From the IMG/VR virus record IMGVR_UViG_3300028588_000791, positions 1 through 25,063 of that record: a stretch of 25,063 nt of DNA; one strand, 5' to 3'. Position 1 is the first letter of the stretch. Each line of letters begins with the position of its first letter. Positions 1 through 6,826 of the stretch are shown one piece after another. The position numbers were made by a program, and so were the translations under genes. Under the pieces are notes generated by a model that saw nothing but the letters and a program-made list of their open reading frames with translations, ran no database searches and was not told where the DNA came from. The stretch is from a virus. Its lineage: Duplodnaviria > Caudoviricetes.

Positions 1-1365
1 TTCCCCAGCTCGCCGACGATCACTGGTCAGTCGATCATCGAATCGCTGTACCTGCAGGGAACGCAGCAGGAGGCGCTGGCCGAGTGCGTGCATTGCGGCC
101 ACGCCCAGCCCCTGGTGTTCGAGCGCCTGCAGCAGGACGACGACGGCCAGGCCATCTACCCCTGCATCGACTGCGGCGCCTTCATGGTCGAGACCGACAA
201 GAACCGCATGTTCGCGAACGGTCTGTGGTCGGACGGTGTGCCCGGTGATGGCGAGACCGTCAGCTTCACCATCAATGCGATGTTCGCTCCCTACGGCTGG
301 CTGCCCTGGATCGCCCTGCTGCGCGAATACCGCGCAGCCCGGGCCAAGCTCGATGAGGGTAGCGAGGAGCTGATGATCACGTTCTACAACACGCGCCTGG
401 CGCGATGCTGGGAACGCAAGAAAGAACAGACCAAAGCCGGCGAGCTGCAAGCCCGGGCTGAGGCCTACAAGATGGGCACCGTGCCAAAGGGCGGCCTGGT
501 GCTGACTGGTAGCGTCGACACCCAGCCGGACCGCTTCGAGCTGAAGGTGCTGGCCTGGGGCGAGGGTATGGAAGAGTGGGTGGTCGATTACCAGGTGATC
601 GAGGGATCGCCGTCGGACCAAGCCACCCAGGACAAGCTCGACCAGGCGCTGCTGGGCCGGTACCGCCACGCCGGCGGGCGCATGCTGTCCATCGCCGCGA
701 CATTCATCGATTCGGGCGGCGCGAACACGCACGACGTGTACAACTTCACGCGCACTCGCCAGCACCGTCACATCTACGCCATCAAGGGCCACTCGACGCC
801 GAACAAGCCGATCCTCGGCACGAAGCCTTCCCTGGTCGACGTGAACTGGCAGGGCAAGGTGATGCCGCATGGTGCCAAGCTGTGGCTGATCGGTACCGAT
901 ACGGCGAAGGACTACCTGGCCGCGCGCTATCACCTGACCAGTGGCCCGGGCGCCATCCACTTCCCGAGTGACCTGCCTGCCGAGTACTACCAGCAGCTGA
1001 CCGCCGAATACTGCGTCACCGTCTTCAAGCGCGGACGCAAGGTGCGCATCTGGGAGAAGAAAAAAAGTGACCGCAACGAGGCCGGCGACTTGATGGTGTA
1101 CGGCCTGGCGTGCGCCCAATACCTGGGGCTGCACAAGAAGACGCCGGCGCAATGGAAGGCCCTGCGCGACTTCGTCGACCCCGACACCCCTGACCTGTTT
1201 GAACAGCCGCCAGCGTCCAGCGGCGAACCCATCCCGGCGCCGGCGCCGACCGTATCAGCAGCACCCACCCCAGCAGAGCAAACGAGACCCGAACCATGGA
1301 CGCCAGCCACGACAACCAACCCAACATCCAGCAGGCCGCGCCGGCCGGTAGGAAGGCAGTGGTAA
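1..1365 (+). CDS. Phage terminase large subunit, lambda gpA family (5'-truncated by the window edge)
   Basis: Frame is open from base 1 (FPSSPTITGQSIIESLY...). It has the SSPT motif, two CxxC pairs (CVHC, CIDC), TFYNTRL, nuclease-domain motifs LTGSVDTQPDRFE, FIDSGG, YAIKG and RNEAGDLMVY, and a Pro/Thr-rich tail. Confidence 0.95.
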   Translation, partial: FPSSPTITGQSIIESLYLQGTQQEALAECVHCGHAQPLVFERLQQDDDGQAIYPCIDCGAFMVETDKNRMFANGLWSDGVPGDGETVSFTINAMFAPYGWLPWIALLREYRAARAKLDEGSEELMITFYNTRLARCWERKKEQTKAGELQARAEAYKMGTVPKGGLVLTGSVDTQPDRFELKVLAWGEGMEEWVVDYQVIEGSPSDQATQDKLDQALLGRYRHAGGRMLSIAATFIDSGGANTHDVYNFTRTRQHRHIYAIKGHSTPNKPILGTKPSLVDVNWQGKVMPHGAKLWLIGTDTAKDYLAARYHLTSGPGAIHFPSDLPAEYYQQLTAEYCVTVFKRGRKVRIWEKKKSDRNEAGDLMVYGLACAQYLGLHKKTPAQWKALRDFVDPDTPDLFEQPPASSGEPIPAPAPTVSAAPTPAEQTRPEPWTPATTTNPTSSRPRRPVGRQW

Positions 1366-1655
1366 TGGACGAGGTGCTGGGCAACCCGGACCTGGTCGAC
1401 GCCATCTTCGCATTCATCCAGGCGGAGTTTCCCGACTTCGCGCAGCGGGCCGCCGAGCTGAAGGCAGAGGTGAGGCGCGAATTTAGCGGGATCGAGATCT
1501 ACATTCCCAGGCGCTCCCAAGCTGCGCGGGAGCAGCTGGCGAAGGAGGTGTTGAGTGCGTTCAACGGGCGCAATGCCGCCGAGGTAGCGCGGCGCCTGGG
1601 GATCGGCCGGGCGACGGTGTACCGCATCATTAAGCAAGATGGCGGCAAGAAATAA
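1365..1655 (+). CDS. Mor/C-family transcription activator (96 aa), probable late-gene activator
   Basis: ATG at 1365 overlaps the terminase stop (TAATG). Mor signature FSGIEIYIP...AFNGRNAAEVARRLGIGRATVYRIIK with a C-terminal HTH. Confidence 0.85.
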   Translation: MDEVLGNPDLVDAIFAFIQAEFPDFAQRAAELKAEVRREFSGIEIYIPRRSQAAREQLAKEVLSAFNGRNAAEVARRLGIGRATVYRIIKQDGGKK

Positions 1656-1657
1656 AA

Positions 1658-1705
1658 TCTCAGTTTTCCGAGAAGTGAGACAGGCCAGTCGCTACCCTTG
1701 GCGAC
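1658..1705 (+). promoter_or_regulatory. Putative activator-dependent late promoter, copy 1 (dyad plus -10 TACCCT)
   Basis: TCTCAGTTTTCCGAGAAGTGAGAC at 1658-1681, 11-nt spacer, TACCCT at 1693-1698, 7 nt, ATG at 1706. Same geometry as the copies at 6779 and 21752. Confidence 0.75.
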
Positions 1706-1918
1706 ATGGCCCTCACTCAATCTGACCTCGACGCGCTCGACTCCGCAATCGCTTCCGGCACGCTGGCGGTGGAATTCGGCGGGCGTAAAATTACTTACCA
1801 GTCCACGGCATCGTTGATCGAGGCGCGCAATCACGTCGCTACGGTCGTGAACGGGACTGGCCGCAACCGCGGCCCAAGCGTCTTCCGCTTCGGCTTCACT
1901 ACGTCGAGGGGTGATTGA
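1706..1918 (+). CDS. gpW-like head-tail joining protein (70 aa)
   Basis: DLDALDSAIASGTLAVEFGGRKITYQSTASL pattern; size and position between terminase and portal match lambda W. Confidence 0.85.
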   Translation: MALTQSDLDALDSAIASGTLAVEFGGRKITYQSTASLIEARNHVATVVNGTGRNRGPSVFRFGFTTSRGD

Positions 1919-3390
1919 TGCCGAACCTGATCGACCGGGTTATCGGCTGGGTCAGCCCCCATGCCGGCATCGCGCGGCACTTCGCCCGCAAGCAGCTGCA
2001 GCGAGCGTACGAGGCCGCCAGCCCGCGTGACACGTGGCGGCCGCGCCGTGCCGGCGCCAGTGCGAACGCCGACCACCAAGCAGATGCCAAGACCTTGCGC
2101 AACAAGGCACGTTCCCTTGTGCAGAACGTTCCGTATTGCCGTGCTGCACTCGAAGGCCTGTGCTCTGCAACTATCGGCACTGGCATTGTTCCTCGCGCGA
2201 CTGGCCAGGACAAGGAGATCATCAATAAGCTGTTCGCTCTCTGGAGCAAGGTCTGTGATGCGGATGGCCGCTACGATTACTTCGGTCTGGTGAAAGCCGC
2301 ATACGCTGCGATGGAGCAGGACGGCGAAGTGCTCGTGCGGCTGCGACCACGCCGTGCTGCCGACAACCTGCCAGTGCCGCTGCAGCTGCAGCTGCTGGAA
2401 ATCGATTGGCTGGACGATTCGCGAACTGGGACCGTCGGCGGCAACCAGATCATCAACGGGATCGAATACGATGCGCTGGGCGCCGTGGCGGCCTACTACC
2501 TGTGGGACCAGCATCCCGGTGAAGTAGGCACGCTGCGTGGCCGCAAGACACAAAGCACCCGCGTCTCGGCGCAGTTCATCATCCACTTGTACAACCCCGA
2601 ACGTCCTGGTCAAGGCCGCGGCTTTACCCGCTTCGCACCAGTGATCGCGCGCGTGCGCGACCTGCAAGTGTACGAGGATGCAGAGCTGGCTCGTAAGAAC
2701 CTGGAGACGCGCCTGAGCGTGCTGGCCAGCGGCGATGTCACCAGCATGGAGAACCCGGCCGCGCTCGGTGGCGCCGCGCCGGAGCAGAGCGGCGGCGTGC
2801 GGGACCTCGGCGAGCTCGGCGGCGGCGCCATCTTCGGCATGCCTGCGGGGATGGAATTTACCGTTGTGGAGCCGAAGGCGGCGCCAGGCTACGTCGAGTA
2901 CGTGAAATACCAGATGCACATTATCGCGACTGGCTTGGGCGTTCCATACGAGATGGTCACCGGCGACATGAGCGGCGTGAACTTCAGCAGCGCGCGCGTG
3001 CGCGGCCTGGACTTCCGGCGCGCTGTACAGCAGATGCAATGGCTCGTGCTCAAGCCGAAGCTGCTGGAGCCGGTTCACGAAGCGTTCGTCGAGGCGGCTT
3101 ACCTGGCCGGCAAGATCCGCGGGCGCGACATGGCTGTCGACTTCAGCCCCCCGAAATGGGACTACGTCAATCCGGAGCAGGACGTGAAGGCCGATCAGGC
3201 CGAGATAGCGGCCGGCCTGTCTACCCTGAGCGAAAAGCTCCGCCAGCGAGGATATGAGCCGGACGTGGTGTTCGCCGAATGGAAATCCGATTTCGACAAG
3301 CTGAAGGCCCTGGGCATCCTTGACACGATGCTGTTCCTGCAGCGCGGCAATATGCCTACGCCCACTGCCGACTCCACAGCTACCGAATAA
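1918..3390 (+). CDS. Phage portal protein, lambda family (490 aa)
   Basis: TGATG overlap with gpW. Motifs YEAAS, LRNKARSLVQN, DGEVLVR, PLQLQLLEIDWL, RPGQGRG, GLGVPYEMVTGDMSGVNFSSAR, PKWDYVNPEQD. Confidence 0.95.
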   Translation: MPNLIDRVIGWVSPHAGIARHFARKQLQRAYEAASPRDTWRPRRAGASANADHQADAKTLRNKARSLVQNVPYCRAALEGLCSATIGTGIVPRATGQDKEIINKLFALWSKVCDADGRYDYFGLVKAAYAAMEQDGEVLVRLRPRRAADNLPVPLQLQLLEIDWLDDSRTGTVGGNQIINGIEYDALGAVAAYYLWDQHPGEVGTLRGRKTQSTRVSAQFIIHLYNPERPGQGRGFTRFAPVIARVRDLQVYEDAELARKNLETRLSVLASGDVTSMENPAALGGAAPEQSGGVRDLGELGGGAIFGMPAGMEFTVVEPKAAPGYVEYVKYQMHIIATGLGVPYEMVTGDMSGVNFSSARVRGLDFRRAVQQMQWLVLKPKLLEPVHEAFVEAAYLAGKIRGRDMAVDFSPPKWDYVNPEQDVKADQAEIAAGLSTLSEKLRQRGYEPDVVFAEWKSDFDKLKALGILDTMLFLQRGNMPTPTADSTATE

Positions 3391-3426
3391 CAACCGCCGG
3401 CGCCGCCGGCAAACTGGAAGGAAGCC

Positions 3427-3810
3427 ATGCCCAAGTATCTCCACCCCGACGTCCTGGACGGCGGCCCCCTCGTGGTCAAGAACAGCGCAACGAAAATGTT
3501 GCTGATCAAAGCATACGCCTTCGGTGATTCGTTGGCGACCGTCACCGGCAACAAGCTTGCGGAGGTCGGCGTTGTTGCTGCGGATTTCAACCTGTCCACC
3601 GTGAACGTGAACGACCGGCGCTTCACAGGTCCGGCAGGTAAAAGCGCCGCGGCCGCAGCCAGCTCGGGAGCGTCGCCGAATCTGCACATCGCCTACGTCG
3701 ACGGTACCCGCGTTCTCTGGGTGACAGATGAGACAACCGACCAGGTGATTACCGCGCCGAACCCGGTCGATTTCCCTCAGTGCGCCTTCGACTCTCCGCA
3801 ACCAGTCTAA
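3427..3810 (+). CDS. Small beta-rich virion structural protein, probable fibre subunit (127 aa)
   Basis: GGAAGGA ribosome-binding site upstream. Ala/Thr/Val-rich, beta-strand pattern (LHIAYVD..VLWVTD...QVITAPNPVDFP) that I recognise from small phage fibre proteins; function inferred. Confidence 0.55.
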   Translation: MPKYLHPDVLDGGPLVVKNSATKMLLIKAYAFGDSLATVTGNKLAEVGVVAADFNLSTVNVNDRRFTGPAGKSAAAAASSGASPNLHIAYVDGTRVLWVTDETTDQVITAPNPVDFPQCAFDSPQPV

Positions 3811-3820
3811 GATCAAGGTC

Positions 3821-4261
3821 ATGAATCTCAGCTCATCGTTCAATGTTGGCGAGCCCCAGGCCGACGGCCGCCGCTACGTAAAGGAGATCCATGTCACGGA
3901 AGACGGCCGGAGGGAGCAGTTCGAATACCTGTGGGATGGCGTGCTGGACCCGCAGTTGGTGATGGAAGAGCGTGCAGCGGAAATCGTGCGGCAGCTGGCC
4001 GCGCGTGCCGCCGCCCGCGCCGCGGTGGTGGGCATCGAAGTGCCTTGGACGAAGTATGAGTTCCTGGAACTGTTTTCGTCGATCGAACGCCAGGCTATCC
4101 GCCGGCGCGCCCTGACCGACGAGAACGTGCTTGACTTCATGGAAATGCTCAACGCCTCCGGCGGGGTGTACAAGTCGAAAGCCTGGCCCGGCCTGATGTA
4201 CCTGGCTCACATCGGTGAACTCACGTTCGAGCGCGCCGAAGCGATCGCGGAGGCCTTGTGA
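3821..4261 (+). CDS. Hypothetical phage protein, fibre-associated/assembly-like (146 aa)
   Basis: AAGG ribosome-binding site. Helical C-terminal half (WTKYEFLELFSSIERQAI...GELTFERAEAI) resembles proteins encoded beside phage fibre genes. Confidence 0.55.
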   Translation: MNLSSSFNVGEPQADGRRYVKEIHVTEDGRREQFEYLWDGVLDPQLVMEERAAEIVRQLAARAAARAAVVGIEVPWTKYEFLELFSSIERQAIRRRALTDENVLDFMEMLNASGGVYKSKAWPGLMYLAHIGELTFERAEAIAEAL

Positions 4262-5583
4262 CCGACTACTACCTGCGCTCGGTCGGCGGCAGCGACAGTA
4301 ACGACGGTCTGAGTTGGGCGACGGCACGCGCCACGATCGTCAGCGCCGTGTCGCTAATGGTTGCCGGCGACACGCTGCACGTCGCTGAGGACCACGTCGA
4401 ATCGACCAACCAGAACCGGACGCTGAACTTCCTTGGCACGCCCGCTCAGCCAAATCGCGTGATCTGCTGCAAGGCTGGCTTGCAGCCGCCTACCGAACTG
4501 GCAGCCACGGCGAGCATCGTAGCCATTGTCGGCGGTGGCATGACAATCCAGGGCAGCGTGATCTGGCATGGCGTCAACATGAGTATCGGTACCGGTGGCA
4601 GCGGCCCGTCGATCATCCTCATGTCGGGCATCACGACAGACGCCGTGCAGATCTATCGTTCCTGCGATTTTGGCTTCGGCGGCACCAGCGGCAGCAGCCT
4701 GAGCATTGGCAACGGAGGATCGAGCAACACATCAAGGTGCCGGATCCTGCTCGAAGATTTCCGCCTGAAGCTCAACGGCTCAGGGCAACAAATCGCCATC
4801 CAGCAAGAATTCACCTGGCGCGGCGGTAAGTACGTGGCCGGCGCTGGCCCTGCGCCGTCATACCTCTTGCGCGTCGGCGCGCAAGGGCGGGGTGTTCCGG
4901 TCCTGGTCGAAGGCGTCGACCTCTCCGAGCTTGCCGCAACCACCGACCTGGTCAACGGCCCGCAGACAACCGGACGCGTCATTTTCCGCGACTGCCTGCT
5001 GCCGGCAAACTGGACAGGCCAGCTCGTCCAGGGTGTGCTCGACCCTGGCACGCGCGTGACGATGCACAACTGTGACTCAGGAGCCACGCGATACCGCGCC
5101 TGGGTCGTAGGCTTCACCGGCGCGCTACGCTCCGACAGCGCCTTCCTCAAGGCGGGCGGCGCCAATGATGGCACGGCCAGCTACTCCTGGAGGATGGACA
5201 CCAACGCCAACGCGATGTCAGGCGGCATCGGGTTCGAATCCGATGAGCAGCTGTTCGGGATTCCGGCGGCCGGCGTTCCAATGACGCTTTCCATAGATGT
5301 CCTGACCGACGGTGTGGATTTGACCGACGCAGATGTTTGGCTGGATGTGCAAGAGGCGGGTGCGCCGAAGGGAAGCTTTTACCGATCACGCGCCGCACTG
5401 CTTGCTGTCCCGAAGACGCACCCGGCCAGCACCGCGACCTGGGCTACGACAGGCATGGCTTCGCCGCGGCGCCAACGCGTCTCAGTGACGTTCACGCCGC
5501 AGACGGCGGGCGTCGGGTTCTGGAAGCTCACGCTGGCTCGACCGAACACCACGATCTACGTTGACCCGAAGCGGGCGGTGTGA
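4258..5583 (+). CDS. Putative right-handed beta-helix (pectin-lyase-like) adhesin/depolymerase (441 aa)
   Basis: GTG start overlaps the upstream TGA. N-terminal cap motif YYLRSVGGSDSNDGLSWATARATIVSAVSLMVAGDTLHV is typical of beta-helix proteins. Gly/Ser/Thr-rich coils (IYRSCDF, VIFRDCLL, VTMHNCD) and a beta-sandwich-like C-terminus. Confidence 0.65.
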   Translation: MTDYYLRSVGGSDSNDGLSWATARATIVSAVSLMVAGDTLHVAEDHVESTNQNRTLNFLGTPAQPNRVICCKAGLQPPTELAATASIVAIVGGGMTIQGSVIWHGVNMSIGTGGSGPSIILMSGITTDAVQIYRSCDFGFGGTSGSSLSIGNGGSSNTSRCRILLEDFRLKLNGSGQQIAIQQEFTWRGGKYVAGAGPAPSYLLRVGAQGRGVPVLVEGVDLSELAATTDLVNGPQTTGRVIFRDCLLPANWTGQLVQGVLDPGTRVTMHNCDSGATRYRAWVVGFTGALRSDSAFLKAGGANDGTASYSWRMDTNANAMSGGIGFESDEQLFGIPAAGVPMTLSIDVLTDGVDLTDADVWLDVQEAGAPKGSFYRSRAALLAVPKTHPASTATWATTGMASPRRQRVSVTFTPQTAGVGFWKLTLARPNTTIYVDPKRAV

Positions 5584-6425
5584 TGGTTCAGCGTCTCATC
5601 CCCGGCTATGGCTATATCGACGAGCCCTCGCGTGGTGGCCAGTACCTGATCCCAGGTTATGGGTACATCGATGTTCCCGCTGCTTCGACCTCGTTATCCA
5701 GTGCAGACACTGTGCGGAGGGCGGAGCTAAGCAGCGGCGTTATCGTGCAGCGTCATGCACTTGCATCTGCACCGTTCGCTGTTCGTCGTTCCAGTTCGCC
5801 GTCAAGCGCAGTCCAGCGGCATGTACTCTTGGCGGAGCGCAGTGTCGTGGCGCGCTCGACTATTGCAGCGCCGGTGGTGCAGCGTCATCAGCTGGCCGGC
5901 GCGGTTGCTGCGGTTCGCCGCGTACAAGCTGATGCTGCGCTGGGCGAGATTGTGGAGGCACGACACACGCTGGTCTCCGATGCTGCAACTGTAGTACGGA
6001 CTGCCCCAGCGGTGGCGCTCGCTCAGCGTCACCAGATTGGTGCTGGCGTTGACATGTTGATCCGCACTGCCGTAGGGGGCAGGGTAGTGCAGTGGCATCG
6101 CCTCGTCACCGCTATTGCGATCGTGGCGCGCAACAGTCCTGGTGTTCCAATCGAAATGCGTCACGCCATCACAACGGGCGTCACGATCTGTAGTCGAGTG
6201 AGTTTTCCTGGCGCCATATCCCAGCGACACGGCATGCGCGCATCGAGCGCGGTGGTACGTCGAATCAGTCCCGGCGTGGCGATGTCTGGAGCCATCCTTG
6301 CACACTACTTGCACCATATTTATCGCATCCCAGCGGAGGAACGTTCCTACCGCATCGCGAGTGAGAACCGTGCCTACCGTATCCCGCCAGAGGACCGCGT
6401 CTTCCCTGCCAGGCTTAACCCATAA
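5583..6425 (+). CDS. Repeat protein (280 aa) with eight ~22-aa QRH repeats; putative fibre scaffold
   Basis: TGATG overlap at 5581-5585. Two LIPGYGYID copies, eight QRH-type repeats and three C-terminal YRI-x-x-E-x-R repeats. Confidence 0.65.
   Translation: MVQRLIPGYGYIDEPSRGGQYLIPGYGYIDVPAASTSLSSADTVRRAELSSGVIVQRHALASAPFAVRRSSSPSSAVQRHVLLAERSVVARSTIAAPVVQRHQLAGAVAAVRRVQADAALGEIVEARHTLVSDAATVVRTAPAVALAQRHQIGAGVDMLIRTAVGGRVVQWHRLVTAIAIVARNSPGVPIEMRHAITTGVTICSRVSFPGAISQRHGMRASSAVVRRISPGVAMSGAILAHYLHHIYRIPAEERSYRIASENRAYRIPPEDRVFPARLNP
5745..6290 (+). repeat. Degenerate coding tandem repeat, 66-nt period
   Basis: Q/A/M-R/W-H anchors start at 5748, 5814, 5880, 5958, 6024, 6090, 6156 and 6222. 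Spacing is 66 nt except one of 78 nt. Confidence 0.85.
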
Positions 6426-6448
6426 ATCAGACATGACACATCGACACC

Positions 6449-6799
6449 ATGCGTAGTGAAACCTATTTCGTCCTCAATGGCGAGCCGACCATCTACAAAA
6501 ATCCCGGCGCCTGCCTCCTGTACGGGATCGATCTCGAGGACTGGCTCGCTGGCGCCGGCACGGCACTGGAAAGCGTCAAGGCAACGGCTGTCGGCGTCAG
6601 CATCGTGGGTGAACCTCTAATCATTGGCACGGCTGTATGCGCGTGGATTGAAGGCTTGGATGAGAGTGACGGTGCCCAGAACAAGTGCGTGTTCGACTTC
6701 AAATGCACCGACGGTAAGAGCGCGGATTCGCGTGCGATCTACTTCAAGAAGCGACCAGGTTTATTGATGGAAAAGTTGTCTCAGTTTTCCGAGAATTGA
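6449..6799 (+). CDS. Putative fibre adaptor protein (116 aa)
   Basis: KNPGACLLYGIDLEDWL...VCAWIEG...DSRAIYFK matches the K-D-P-x4-D-Y-x-x-D-W-x-x-W-L pattern of small Ig-like phage fibre adaptors, recalled from memory. Its last codons overlap promoter copy 2. Confidence 0.6.
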   Translation: MRSETYFVLNGEPTIYKNPGACLLYGIDLEDWLAGAGTALESVKATAVGVSIVGEPLIIGTAVCAWIEGLDESDGAQNKCVFDFKCTDGKSADSRAIYFKKRPGLLMEKLSQFSEN

Positions 6800-6826
6800 G
6801 ACAGTGCAATCCGCAGAATGGTGGGC
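6779..6826 (+). promoter_or_regulatory. Putative activator-dependent late promoter, copy 2 (dyad plus -10 CAGAAT)
   Basis: TCTCAGTTTTCCGAGAATTGAGAC at 6779-6802, 11-nt spacer, CAGAAT at 6814-6819, 7 nt, ATG at 6827. Confidence 0.75.

Noticed and set aside
1296-1364. ORF-track N-terminal extensions (starts 1296, 9908, 11084, 11112, 19547, 21791, 21898, 22535, 22825)
   Set aside because: Downstream ATGs give stop/start overlaps or clear ribosome-binding sites and match where family motifs begin.
3396-3410. GCCGGC-gcc-GCCGGC hairpin after the portal stop
   Set aside because: Short, GC-only, no U-tract; common by chance in GC-rich DNA.
1831-3843. 670-aa minus-strand ORF and other long antisense ORFs (7463-8479, 8483-9580, 9997-11022, 19274-20581, 21955-23250)
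   Set aside because: They shadow well-supported + strand genes with GC-rich third positions and show no recognisable motifs or ribosome-binding sites.
6433-6456. Seven-codon mini-ORF MTHRHHA overlapping the adaptor start
   Set aside because: No ribosome-binding site, and such short ORFs arise by chance.
1658-6802. Dyad copies as recombination sites, transposon ends or CRISPR repeats
   Set aside because: Copies are kilobases apart with no spacers, cas genes, transposase or target duplication. They bracket essential genes, and the fixed spacing to -10 hexamers fits promoters better.
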